Of a stretch of DNA of 64,000 bases, positions 11,707 to 24,095 are shown one piece after another. Both the position numbers and the translations under genes were made by a program. Source of the stretch: Squalus acanthias (Eukaryota); the NCBI GenBank assembly GCA_030390025.1, contig JASTWF010000035.1, forward strand, positions 3,162,001 through 3,226,000. Direction: 5' to 3'. Position 1 is the stretch's first letter. Every line of letters starts with the position of its first letter. A model generated the notes under the pieces. It saw nothing but the letters and a program-made list of their open reading frames with translations, searched no databases and was not told the origin of the DNA.

Positions 11707-11814
11707 CCATCTCATGGTACAGGGAGGCTCCTTGCTTGGAGATTGTTACTGGCGGTTTCCGTGGAGATGCTATATCGATTTTCATCAATTCATCGCAGCA
11801 CTGTTTCCATGCAC
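11707..11814 (-). CDS. RTKN: Rhotekin exon (just after the PH domain)
   Basis: TTCAG acceptor and GTAGG donor, 108 nt, phase 1-1; reads (S)AWKQCCDELMKIDIASPRKPPVTISKQGASLYHEM, recognisable as rhotekin WKQCCDExMKI...PRKPP...KQG-SLYHEM; in frame with exon 25061-25226. Confidence 0.93.
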
Positions 11815-11881
11815 CTGAACAGACAACAACAGCGACAAACTGTGACTGAAATCCCCGGCACACAGGCAGACACGGAGACAG

Positions 11882-13768
11882 ACAACAGCAACAACTTGCA
11901 TTTATATAGCACCTTTAACATAGTAAAACATCCCAAGGTGCTTCACAGGAGCATTATCAGACAAAATTTGACACCGAGCCACATAAGGAGATATTAGGGC
12001 AGATGACCAAAAGCTTGGTCAAAGAGGTAGGTTATAGGAGCGTCTTAAAGGAGGAAGGAGGTAGAAAGGCAGAGGGAATTCCAGAGCTTAGATCCTCGGC
12101 AGTTGAAAGCATGGCTGTCAATGGTGGAACAATTAAAATCAGGGATGCGGAAGAGGCCAGAATTGGAAGTGCACAGAGATCTCGGAGAGTTGTGGAGCTG
12201 GAGGTGGTCACAGAGATAGGGAGGGGTGAGGCCTTGGAGGGATTTGAAAATAAGGATGGGAATTTTAAAATCGAGGCGTTGCTTAACCGGGAGCCAATGT
12301 AGGTCAGCGGGCACAGGTGTGATGGGTAAAAGGGACTTGGTGCGAGGTAGGATACGGGCAGCAGAGTTTTGGATGACCTTAAGTTTACGTAGGGTGGAAG
12401 ATGGGAAGCTGGCCAGGAGTGCATTGGAATAGTCAAGTCTAGAGGTAACAAAGGTATGGATGAGGGTTTCAGCAGCGGATGAGCTGAGGCAGGGGCGGAG
12501 TCGGGCAATGTTATGGAGGTGGAAGTAGGCGGTCTTAGTTATGCCGCGGATATGTGGTCGGAAGCTCATCTTGAGGTCAAATACACCACCAAGGTTGCGA
12601 ACAGTTTGGTTCACCCTCAGACAGTTGCCAGGGAGCGGGATGGAGTCAGTGGCTTGGGACGGAGATTGTGGCGGGGACCAAAGACAATGGCTTCTGTCTT
12701 CCCAATATTTAGTTGTCGGGAATTTCTGCTTATCCAGTACTAGATGTCGAACAAGCAGTCTGACAATTTAGAGACAGTGGAGGGGTCGAGAGAGGTGGTG
12801 GTGAGGTGGAGCTGGGCGTCGTCAGCGTACATGTGGAACCTGATGCTGTGTTTTTGGATGACGTCGCTGAGTGACAGCATGTAGATGAGGAATAGGAGGG
12901 GGCCAAGGATAGATTCTCGGAGGACTCCAGTGGTAACGATGGGGGAGCGGGAAGAGAAGCCGTTGCAGGTGATTCTGTGGCTACGACTGGATAAGAATGT
13001 AACCAGGCGAATGCAATCCCATCCAGCTGGACGATGGTGGAGAGGCATTGGAGAAGGATGGAGTGGTTAACTGGGTCAAAGGCCGCAGGTAAGTCGAAAA
13101 GGATGAGGAGGGATAGTTTACCTTTGTCACAGTCACAAAGGATGTCATTTGTAACGTTAATGAGAGCCATTTAGGTACTGTGGCAAGGGCGGAAACCTGA
13201 TTGGAGGGATTCAAACATGGAGTTCTGGGAAAGATAGGCACGGATTTGGGAGGCGACAACACGTTCAAGGACTTTGGAGAGGAAAGGGAGGTTGGAGGTG
13301 AGGCGATAGCTTGCCAGCACGGATGGGTCAAGGGTTGGTTTATTGAGGAGAGGGGTGATGATGACAGCAGATTTGAGGGCGACGGGGTCAGTACCTGAGG
13401 AGAGAGAACCGTTAACAATATCAGATAACATGGGGGCCAGGAATGGAAGTTGGAAGGTCGACAGTTTAGTGGGAATAGGGTCAAGGGAGTAGGATGTGGG
13501 TCAAATGGTCAAGATGAGCTCGGGGGGGGGGGGGGGGGGGGCATGAAGAGAAACTAGAGAAAGATGCGAGTTCAGGGTTAGGGCAGGGGAAACAATAGAG
13601 GAAGTTTGGCCCAGTGGGCTAGTGGTAGGGAGGGAAGGAGCAGAGGCAGCTGAACGGATGGCCTCAATCTTAGTGACAAAGAAGTCCATGAGCTCCTTGC
13701 ACTTGTTGTTGGAGGTGAGGGTGGAGGAGACAGGGGAGAGGGGTTTAAGACTGTTTGCAGTAGAGAAA
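11882..13768 (-). mobile_element. L2-type LINE (RT and 3' end); further pieces at about 15270-15340, 16334-16712 and 24709-24895
   Basis: ORFs with YRLTSNLPFLSKVLERVV, QSGFRPCHST, YADDAQL and LHWLPVKQRLDFK; (GTT)n-type tail at about 11882-11895. Confidence 0.88.
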
Positions 13769-15250
13769 AGAACATAAGAAATAGGAGCAGGAGTAGGCCA
13801 TTCGGCCCCTCGCGCCTGCTCCGCCATTCAATAAGATTATGGCTGATCTGATCTTGGCCTCAACTACACTTTCCTGTCCGTTCCCCATAACCCTTGATTC
13901 CCCTGTTTTTCAAAAATCTGTTTATCTCCGCCTTGAATATATTCAATGACTCCGCCTCCACAGCTCTCTGGGGTAGAAAATTCCAAAGATTCACGACCCT
14001 CAGTGAAGAAATTCCTCCTCATCTCTGTTTTAAATGGGCGACCCCTTATTCTGGAACTGTGCCCCCTAGTTCTAGATTCCCCCACGAGGGGAAACATCCT
14101 CCCTGCATCGACCCTGTTAAGCCCTCTCAGAATCTTATATGTTTCAATAAGATTACCTCTCATTCTTCTAAACTCCAATGAGTATAGGCCCAACCTGCTC
14201 AACCTTTCCTCATAAGACAATCCCTTCAACTCAGGAATTAACCTAGTGAAACTTTGTCTGAACTGCCTCCAATGCAAGTATATCCTTCCTTAAATAAGGA
14301 GACCAAAACTGTACGCAGTACTCTAGGTGTGGTCTCACCAACGCCCTTTACAGTGGTAGCAAGACTTCCCTACTTTTATACTCCATCCCCCTTGCAATAA
14401 AGCCAATATTCCATTTGCCTTCCTAATTACTTGCTGTACCTGCATGCTAACTTTTAATGTTTCATGTACGAGGACACCCAGATCCCTCAGTACCGCAGCA
14501 TTCTGTAGTCTCTCTCCATTTAAATAATATTTTGCTTTTCTATTCTTCCTGCCAAAGTGGATAACCTCGCATTTTCCCACATTATACTCCATCTGCCAAA
14601 TTTTTGCCCACTCGCTGAACCTATCTATATCCCTTTGCAGACTCTGTGTCCTTCTCACAACTTGCTTTCCCATCTATCATTGTATCATCAGCAAATTTGG
14701 CTACATTACACTCGGTCCCTTCATCCAAGACATTATATAGATTGTAAATAGTTGAGGCCCCAGCTAGTTACAGTTTGCCAACCTGAAAATGACCCATTTA
14801 TTCCGACTCTCTGTTTTCTGTTAGTTAGCCAATCTAATATATTACCCCCAACACCTTGAGCTCTTATCTTGTGCAGTAACCTTTTATGCGGCACCTTATC
14901 GAATGCTTTCTGGAAATCTAAATACACTACATCTACTGGTTCCCCTTTATCCTCCCTGCTCATTACATCCTCAAAGAATCCAGCAAATTTGTCAAACACG
15001 ATTTCCCTTTCATAAAACCTTGTTGACTCTGCTTGATTGTATTATGATTTTCTAAATGTCCTGCTATTACTTCCTTAATAATGGATTCCAGCATTTTCCC
15101 AATGACAGGTGTTAGGCTAACTGGCCTATAGTTTCCAGCTTTCTGTCTCCCTCCTTTCTTAAATAGGGGACTTGCGAATCCGCTGGGACCTCTCCAGAAT
15201 CCAGGGAATTTTGGTAGAATACAACCAACGCATCCACTATCTCTGCAGCC
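13769..15250 (-). mobile_element. 5'-truncated, degraded CR1
   Basis: Tail AGAACATAAGAAATAGGAGCAGG at 13769; ORFs 13864..14277, 14335..14673, 14733..14999. Confidence 0.9.
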
Positions 15251-15342
15251 GGGGAGGGGGGGGGGGGGGAGGTTATCCTTGTATTCCAGATTGATTCTGG
15301 AATAGTGAGCAGTTTTGCCAGACGACAGCAGGACCCGATAAT

Positions 15343-16333
15343 GCTATTCACAATATATATTAATGATCTAGACGAGGGAACTAGATGTAATATCTCCAAG
15401 TTTGCAGATGACACAAAGCTGGGTGGGCGTGTGTGCTGCGAGGAGGATGCCGAGAAACTCCAGTATGATTTGGACAGGTTGGGTGATTGGGCAGAAGCAT
15501 GGCAGATGCAGTATAATGTGGATAAATGTGAGGTTATCCACTTTGGTGGCAAAAACAGGAAGGCAGATTATTATCTGAACGGCAATAGATTGGGAGAAGG
15601 GGAAGTGCAACGAGACCTTGGTGTCCTTGTGCACCAGTCGCTGAAGGTAAGCATGCAGGTACAGCAGGCAGTTAAGAAGGCAAATGGTATGCTGGCCTTC
15701 GTAGCAAGAGGGTTTGAGTACAGGAACAAGGATGTCTTGCTGCAGCTGTACAAGGCCTTGGTGAGACCACACCTTGAGTATTGTGTGCAGTTTTGGTCGC
15801 CTTATCTGAGGAAGGATGTTTTTGCCATGGAGGGTGTGCAGCGAAGATTCACCAGACTGATACCTGGGATGGCAGGAATGACGTACGAGGAGAGATTGGG
15901 TCGATTGGGCTTATACTCGCTGGAGTTTAGAAGAATGAGAGGAGATCTCATTGAAACTTATAAAATTGTAACAGGGCTAGACAGACTGGATGCAGGAAGG
16001 ATGTTCCCGATGGCGGGTGAGTCCAGAACAAGAGGTCACAGTCTAAAGATAACGGGGTAAGCCATTTAGGACAGAGATGAGGAGGAATTTCTTCACCCAG
16101 AAAGTGGTGAACCTGTGGAATTCTCTACCACAGAAGGCAGTTGAGGCCAAGTCAGTAAATATATTCAAGAAGGAGTTAGATATATTTCTTAAGGCTAAAG
16201 GTATCAAGGGATATGGGGAGAAGGCAGGGACAGGGTACTGAGTTTGGATGATCAGCCATGATCTCATTAAATGGTGGAGCAGGCTCGAGGGGCAGAATGG
16301 CCTGCTCCTGCCCCTATCTTCTATGTTTCTATG
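15343..16333 (+). mobile_element. 5'-truncated CR1
   Basis: ORF 15305..16060 ([18 protein letters not shown]); TCTATGTT tail. Confidence 0.92.
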
Positions 16334-18799
16334 CTTATGTGGTCTAGCCAGATCTGGCGATGAATGGCGAAACCAAGTGCCCGCTATATATTTTTAATTC
16401 TGCGTCCCTTGGACTTAAGGGAGCAGCGATGCCCGTCCCAGGAGAACGACCAGGGTGAGAGAGTAATGGTTATAATGGGAACTAGGGCATCAAATGTGAA
16501 GATGTGGTTGAGCTGATCGGTAGCTACAGATATGTTGTGGTGAATGGAGGGCCAAAGGCTAGACAGTTGGGATTTTGAAAGTGAATTGGGAGAGAGTTTT
16601 TTCCAGGGGCAGACACAGAAGGAGGGGGTTGGGAGGGGGAAGGAATATGTGAGTGGAGAGCGATAAAAGGAAATGATCAGAGATGGCCTTATCTGTGATT
16701 GACACGATGAGAGTAGAGTCATAGGGCCGGATTTTGATACTGGGGCGGGCAGGGGTCGTGTAATCTGCATTTCGTGTTAGCCACCCGTTTCTAAATCAAT
16801 GTGGGAGAATGATGCCATTTTAACCTAATTGGCCAATTGAGTTGCAACGTGTGGGAACCCATGGCCAGTGAGTTTTTCCAGTCTGAAAGTTGCCTCCGAT
16901 GACGTCATCATTGCTGCTGCATTTAAGGTCTGCAACAAGCCTTGCTTCTTCTGCAGACTGCCAAGCTTTTGCCCTTGCATGTTAGAGGCACCTGCAGGAA
17001 GAATGGCCAGCCAGAGACCTAGGTCTGCACCCCGCTTTGATGACATTGCCCTGCAGGCTTTAGTAGAGGGAGCAAGAGCAAACAAAGAGGTGCTCTTCCC
17101 TTCTTCAGGGAGGAAGAAGCCTCCCCAGCAAACCAAGGCTGTGTGGATCCAGGTGGCAGAGAAAGTCAACTCTGTGTCAATAACCCGCAGAACCTGGCTT
17201 CCGTGCAGGAAGAGGCTTCATGACCTTCTGCGCACTGGAAAAGTGAGTATGAATTTCCCATCACCCTCAATCTGATCCCCATTGCCTCTCCTCACCAGCA
17301 CTCAGCTTTAGCAATCTCTTCCTCCACATCCCACTTGACACAGACATCCATGCACCCTTACCCATTCCCTCTCTCACTATGGTCACATTCACCTAACTAT
17401 TCGACTATGCAGCCCTCACACTCCCTATCACTGTGATGCAATTACAACTTACAACACACAGGGAGGGCCCTTGGTCTTGCCACCTCACTCCATCTTTGTC
17501 TCCTTCTAAGCATCTATGCTATGGATTCTCCACACTCACTCCTTCAATCTCACTCAAACTCCACTTGTCTCCCTCATTGCAGGAAAAGAGAGCTCACAAT
17601 AAGAGGGATAGAGCGAGGACAGGAGGAGGGCCACCCTCAGTAGCCCAGCTCACCACCTGGGAGGAGGCGGTCCTGGAGATGGTGGGAGTGGAGGAAGATT
17701 CCCAAGTGGGGGACGGACAGACGGGCGCATCACAGCAACCTGGTGACAGAATAGTTTTCCATCTCTCTGAATGACATTGCATGAGTCGCTGATAATGATT
17801 CTGAAGCTCTAACAGATGGACTTATGATCATCTGCAATATGCAATGTGCATGTAACCTTGGCCTCACATCTCTGACTCTTTCCTTTACTCCACCCCAGGA
17901 CCATCGCAAGCCCCCGTCCCCACTATCCAGGAGGAAGAGCATGAGCCTCAAGACTCCTCAGAGGAAGCTGCAACCTCTGAGGGCGCAGCGTCAGCAGGAA
18001 TCAGCGCACCCAGCACCAGTGCAGACACTCACACCTCGGAGGGAACATCGCGAGATAGAGTAGTGTTGTCACCTGGTGTATCACAGCTCACAAGTGAGCA
18101 TCAGCAGATAGTGGAGACAGGGACAGCAGTGGAGAGTCCTAGTCGGAGGGCGCAGGACTCTCCCAGCTCGGCTCAGCTGCATGTCGACCCTCTGCCTCTG
18201 GGTCCATCCATAAGATCAGCGGTGCTGGAACTCCAGGAACAGATGCAGGAGTCTCTGGCAGGTTTTGTCTCCAGGGTCGCTGCGAGTGTGGAGCGAATGG
18301 AGGAGTCCATTGCGAACAGGAGCAGAGCCTTTGTGGAGTCATTGGCGCATGAACACATCACCACGGAAAGGATGGCAACCTCCGTGGAAAGGATGGCTAC
18401 AGTAGAGGAGAGGATGGCTACAGCCATGGGGGAGCTAAGTCGCCAGAGTGTAGAAAACATGCTAATTGTTCAGAATAGACTGGCATCTCTTGAGGAGCGA
18501 TGGTCAGCTACTGAGCATAGAAACCAGACCTTCATGGAAGTCCTCTGGAGTAGGACTTCCAGTGCAGAAACGGGTCCTCATGGCCCTCCTGAAGTGCAGC
18601 AAGGTGCTGTCAAGCCACTTGCTAGCTCTGAAGTGGGGCTGACCCATGAGAGGGATGTTGGTGACAGACAACAAGGAAGTGGGGGCTCCTCTCCAAGCGC
18701 TCAAACAACCATGATGTGGAGATGCCGGTGTTGGACTGGGGTGGACAAATGTGAGAAGTCGCACAACACCAGGTTATAGTCCAACAGCTTTATTTGAAA

Positions 18800-18836
18800 T
18801 CACAAGCTTTCGGAGCACTGCTCCTTCGTCAGGTGA
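18800..18836 (-). ncRNA. Minimal hammerhead ribozyme motif
   Basis: TCAC-CTGACGA-a-GGAGC-AGT-GCTCC-GAAA-GCTT-GTGA. Confidence 0.8.
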
Positions 18837-19416
18837 AGTGAAGAGATGCATATAGGCACAGCATATATAGTCAGAGAACACTGCCAGATGATTACAGTTA
18901 ATCTTTCTAACTGCCCTTTATCACACCTCGGCAGAGAGATAATCACAGCAATCAAAGGTGTGGATGGTGTCCAACCAGGTCAGTCAGGAAAACATTACAT
19001 CAAAGACAATGAGGTGGGGTCACAAGGGGTCAAATGTGGCAGATGCTGGGGTCTGGATGGAAAACAAAAAACTTTTTTTGCTGGAAATCACAGCAGGTCC
19101 GGCCGCATCTGTGTAGAGAGAACAAGCCAACGACGACTCGAGTCTGGATGACTCTACATCAGGTGGGGTTACATGTAGCGTGACATGAACCCAAGATCCC
19201 GGTTGAGGCCGTCCTCATGGGTATGGAACTTGGCTATCATTTTCTGCTCGACGATTTTGCGTTGTCGTGTGTCTCGAAGGCCGCCTTGGAGAATGCTTAC
19301 CTGAAGATCGGAGGCTGAATGTCCTTGACTGCTAAAGGGCAGTTAGAAAGATTAACTGTAATCATCTAGCAGTGTTCTCTGACTATATATGCTGTGACTA
19401 TATGCATCTCTTCACT

Positions 19417-19453
19417 TCACCTGATGAAGGAGCAGCGCTCCGAAAGCTTGTGA
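19417..19453 (+). ncRNA. Minimal hammerhead ribozyme motif
   Basis: TCAC-CTGATGA-a-GGAGC-AGC-GCTCC-GAAA-GCTT-GTGA; helix I TCAC/GTGA and palindromic AAGCTT in place of helix III. Confidence 0.8.
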
Positions 19454-20029
19454 TTTCAAATAAAGCTGTTGGACTATAACCTGGTGTTGTGCGACTTCTC
19501 ACATTTGTCAAACAACCATGCCACTGCAAAGCCCTCGGTCAGAGCCCCACCAGAGCCCTCACCCAACTGAGATGGGTGTCTCATCCCCTGCACAGCCGCA
19601 GGAGCAGCAGACTGTTGGCGAGCCCTCACAGGATCGTAACCCCAGAGGATGCCCGCCAAAGGTGTCGAGACAGGAGCAGCAAGAAAGTGAGCAAGGGGCC
19701 TCCACATCTGCTGAAGCCACAGGGGAAGCACCACGTAGGAGCACGTGTAAGAGTAAGATAGTGCACAAATAGTCACAAGGGTAGTCACTTGGGTGAATTT
19801 TGATGTTTTATGTTAAAAAGCCATCAGATGATTAGTGTAAATAAAACATCTGATGGCTACTGCTGTAGTTGTGGCGTGTGTCATTTCGCGAATGGGACTT
19901 CCACATTGAGGGCTTAGGATTACTTGCAATTGTCAGTATGGTGTTCAAATTGCTAGGAATCCGCTGGTTCTTGGCCAATGTCGATGCTCAGGTAAGAAGC
20001 TGCGAGGCAAAAGTGCTTGATTGTCTAGG

Positions 20030-21278
20030 CTAAGCAAATCTGGCCAAGATGAGTGCGTTCCTTGCATCCCGGGCAGCAATGTTCTCGCGTACTGCTGCCG
20101 CTGGTTGATGGGCCTCTGCAAGTTGTTAGTTTTCGCTCTCCTCCTCCTCCTCCTCCTCATCTGAGGAGGATATGTGACGAGCCACTTGGTCCTCAGGAAT
20201 CTGCAAGCCACGACGCTGTGCCATGTTGTGAAGTGCACAGCAAACCACGACGATTCTGGAGACCCTAGCTGCTGAGTACTGCAGGGCTCCACCTGATCTA
20301 TCCAGGCATCTGAAGCGCATCTTCAGCAAACCGATGGTTTGCTCGATTATGGCTCTGGTGGACATGTGGCTGGAGTTGTAGCTCTCCTCAGCTGCGTTGG
20401 ATAGGCTCCTCAATGGCGTCATTAGCCACGTCTTCAGGGGATAGCCCTTGTCTCCAAGTAGCCATCCGTTAAGTTGGTCTGGCGGACTGAATAGCGGAGG
20501 CACACTAGACTGGCGCAGTATGAAGGAGTCATGGCAACTGCCAGGGTACTTGGCACAAACATGCAAAATTTCCTTCTTGTGGTCACACACCAGCTGAACG
20601 TTAAGGGAGTGGAAGCCCTTGCAGTTGACAAAAATACCTGGATTGCGATGGGGTGCCTTAAGGGCCATATGTGTGCAGTCAACGACGCCCTGCACCCTTG
20701 GAAAGCCTGCCAGATTAGCTAATCCAACCGCACGCGTCGTGACACTTGCTTGATCCTTGGTGAAATGGATGTGAGTGTGCGCGATGGCAAAGAGGGCATC
20801 GGTTACCTGCATGATGCAAGTGTGTGCGGCCGCCTGGGTTATGCCACTGATGTCTGCTGCTGATCCCTGGAATGACCCTGAGGCAAAAAAGTTGAGTGCG
20901 GTGGTGACTTTGATGGCCACTGGTAAGGGGCGTCCACCTGGTCCTCTGGGCTCCAGGTCTTGTTGCAGCATTGCGCAGATGTCACCCACTACCTCTCGCA
21001 AAAGTCAGAGCCACCTTTGGCACTGCTGCTCAGACATGTTGAGGTAGCTGACCCTGTGTCTGTAGACCCTGTTTGAACGGGTATCTCCTGCGCCGACGGG
21101 CTTCCATGCGCTGGCCCCTTCTGGCCTGTGCAGCTTCAGGTGGGTGAACAGCAGCTTGGCGCTCCTGTTGTTGCTGCTGCTGCTGTTGGTGCTGCTGTTG
21201 TTCATGGTTCTGCTGGTGCCGCGGCTGGTCTTCGACCTCATCTGATGTCCAGAAGGGAAGCAAATAAATGGCTCCCAT
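20030..21278 (-). pseudogene. Harbinger (HARBI1-like) DDE transposase with disabling mutations
   Basis: [16 protein letters not shown] and [16 protein letters not shown] catalytic motifs; frameshift near 21075; in-frame stops at 21005-21007 and 20126-20128; the frame continues to ...ARNALILARFA* at 20030. Confidence 0.92.
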
Positions 21279-22405
21279 GCTTCTGGTATATGCCTCAGTT
21301 GAGGAAGCGCTCAGTCAAGGTGGCGAGAGGGGTTTCCCAGGAGTTCACACTGGAGATGGGTGTCAGGCTCCAAACTTCCACAGCTGTGGTTATGCCTTCT
21401 AAAAGTTCCCCCAGACCTGAGACAGCAAAGTCCGGCCAACTGCAAATGATGGCTGATCAAATCTCCTATTTAATGGTTGAGCTGCAGCTGATAGTCAGCA
21501 ATCCAATTGTGCTCCCGTCGTGTTTCAGAACAGGCGTGCTTCACGTGGGAAAAGGGTTAAAATCACAAAGGCCTATCAAAATGGCATTACAGAGCTAATT
21601 TAGTGCTTGTTAAGGGCCTTAACGGCCTATCTCGCCTCTTGGAGGCGGGACGGAGACAGGACCAGTAGACACGATTGAATAAAAATTGCGTGGAGGCGGG
21701 ATAGAGGCGGGGTTGGGCCCGCCTGCCAGTTTTTGCAATTTTAACCCCCCACACGCCTCCAATCCCGCCTCAACGGCCCGATGAAAATCCAGCCCATAGA
21801 GTCATAACGGCACAGAAGGAGGCCATTCGGCCCATTGAGTCCGTGCCGGCTCTCTGTAGAGCAATCCAGTCAGTCCCATTCCCCCACAAGTTTATTTCCC
21901 TCAAGTGCCTATCCAGTCAACCCTTGAAAACATTGAGTGTCTCCGCCTCCACCACTTCCGTCGGCAGCGAGTTCCAGGTCCTCACCACTCGCTGTGTAAA
22001 AAGTTTTTCCTCACATCACCCCTGTATCTCTTGCCCAAAACCTTAAATCTGTGTCCCCTCGTCCTTGTACCATCAACTAGTGGGAACAGCCTTTCCCCGT
22101 CGAGTCTAACCAAACCTGTCATAATCTTGTACACCTTATCAAATCACCCCTCAACCTCCTTTGCTCTAATGAAAACAAATCCAGCTTCTCCAACCTGTCC
22201 TTGTAGCTAAGATCCCCCATCCCCGGAACCATTCTGGTAAATCTCCTCTGCACCCTCTCAAGGGCCTTCACATTCTTCCTAAAGTGTGGTGACAAGAACT
22301 GGACGCAATACTCCAGTTGTGGCCTAACCAGCGCTTTATAAAGGTTTAGCATAACTTCTCTACTTTTGTACTGAATACCTCTATTTATGAAGCCCAAGAT
22401 CCCAT

Positions 22406-24095
22406 GGGGGAAAAATTCAGTTGCTTTGCGCCTCCCGTTAGCGCCCTAATGGGTCGCAAAGCAACTAGCGCCCGGGCATGGCGATGTTTGCGCCGCTTGC
22501 GAAATTGACCAGACATTTTGAGGCGGCGCTAAACACTACCGCCACGATATCCTGCACCGGCAGATTGTGACGTCAGTCGAGCGGATACTGAGTGCCGCCC
22601 CCTGCCTTACCGCCTGCCGCTAGCAACGACAGGTTGAGGGGAGCGTTTTGCAGTCGGGAAGGGACTGGGGGAGCGCTATTTAAAGGCGACCGCTTCCTGA
22701 CCTTTTTTTGTCGGCGACATTTTTGCTCCACGCATTCTGAGAGAGAGAGAGAGAGACTTCTGGAGAGATTCAACGCTGTGTGAAGGAGTTTTGGGTACTA
22801 AGCTGCACTTTGCAGGTTCATTTTGATTTGTCCTTCCTTGCATCAATTTAGAAGAGACTGTGGGGGCTGCACTCTGAGCTCTTTCCCTGGGCCTCTCCAT
22901 TGTTCTTTCCAGCAGAATTGATGTACAGGTTTCTCCAGGCCGAGATTCAAGGCTGCAATGAGCAGGATGTGGATGGAGAGCAAGATCGACCCTCCCCTTT
23001 AAGAACTGGCTGGGGCCATTGTGTCTGTGTTCCATTGCTGACTGACATCACATGAGCTTCGCCAGCGCTCTGAGTTAGCGCCTCGCTCCTCGGCGTTAGC
23101 GCCTTAAGAGAGGTTTGTAGCGCCTGATTTAGCGCTCTAATCACCTCCAGGGGCGATAAATGTCAAGTTTGCAGTCATAGAAAGTTACAGCATGGAAGGA
23201 GGTCATTTCGGCCCATCGTGTCCGCGCCGGCCAACAAAGAGCTATCCAGCCTAATCCCACTTCCCAGCTCTTGGTCCGTAGCCCTGCAGGTTACAGCATC
23301 CCAAGTACACATCCAAGTACTTTTTAAATGTGGTTAGGGTCCCTGCCTCTACCACCCTTTCAGGCAGTGAGTTCCAGACCCCCATAACCCTCTGGGTGAA
23401 GAAATTTCCCCTCAAATCCCCTCTAAATCTTCCACCAATTACTTTAAATCTGTGCCCCCTGGTTTTTGGCCCCTCTGCTGAGGGAAATAGGTCCTTTCTA
23501 TACACTTTATCTATGCCCCTCATAATTTTATACACCTCAATAAGGTCTCCCCTCAGCCTCCTCTGTTCCAAGGAAAACAAACCCAGCCGATCCAGTCTTT
23601 CCTCATAGCTAAGATTCTCTACTCCCGGCAACATCCTTGTAAATCTCCTCTGTACCCTCTCTAGTGCATTCACATCTTTCCTGTAATGTGGTGACCAGAA
23701 CTGCATGCAGTACTCTAGCTGAAGCCTAACTAGTGTTTTATACAGTTGAAGCATAACCCCCCTGCTCTTGTATTCTATGCCACAGCTAATAAAGGCAAGC
23801 ACTCCGTATGCCTTCTTAACCACCTCATCTACTTGGCCTGCTACTTTCAGGGATCTGTGGACATGCACGCCAAGGTCCCTTTGTTCGTCTACACTTCTCA
23901 GTGTCCTACCGTTTAATGTGTATTCCCTTTCCTTGTTAGCCCTCCCCAAATACATTACCTCACACTTCTCCGGATTGAATTCCATTTGCCACTGTTCTGC
24001 CCACCTGACCAATTTATTGATATCTTCCTGCAGTCTAAACTTTGCGCCTGGCCGATAATTGTGCCCCAAACTGGGCAATACCGAATTTCTCCCCC
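22406..24095. mobile_element. Non-autonomous Harbinger-like element (about 0.9-kb family), interrupted by a CR1
   Basis: Ends GGGGGAAAAATT and AATTTCTCCCCC; flanks CAT/TAT; homologous to 61191-62083 and 62511-63403. Confidence 0.85.
23176..24036 (-). mobile_element. 5'-truncated CR1 nested in the non-autonomous element
   Basis: C-terminal part of ORF 23251..24276. Confidence 0.9.

Larger units (their letters stand above)
18714..19507 (-). mobile_element. 5'-truncated Penelope-like element with inverted pLTR
   Basis: TSD TCAAACAACCATG at 18701-18713 and 19508-19520; inverted arms 18744-18920 and 19333-19509; minus strand at about 19169-19331 reads SQGHSASDLQVSILQGGLRDTRQRKIVEQKMIAKFHTHEDGLNRDLGFMSRYM* (GIY-YIG C-terminus). 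Confidence 0.9.
17003..19772 (+). pseudogene. Harbinger Myb/SANT-like DNA-binding protein gene, three exons, interrupted by Penelope
   Basis: Exons 17003-17242, 17583-17742 and 17899-18713 joined to 19521-19772, with GT-AG introns in compatible phases; RSAPRF...W..VA..VN...RTW..CRKRLHDL and RARTGGGPP motifs; about 488 aa once the insertion is removed. Confidence 0.85.
16724..21795. mobile_element. Full-length two-gene PIF/Harbinger DNA transposon (disabled)
   Basis: TIRs GGGCCGGATTTT and AAAATCCAGCCC; 3-bp TSD ATA at 16721-16723 and 21796-21798; convergent Myb/SANT-like and DDE transposase genes. Confidence 0.93.

Noticed and set aside
13521..13541. Poly-G runs (also near 15250-15270 and 37175-37190)
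   Set aside because: Simple homopolymers inside decayed TEs; lengths unreliable.
20030..21278. Domesticated HARBI1 host gene
   Set aside because: Lies within TIRs and a TSD beside a Myb-like partner and carries stops and a frameshift.
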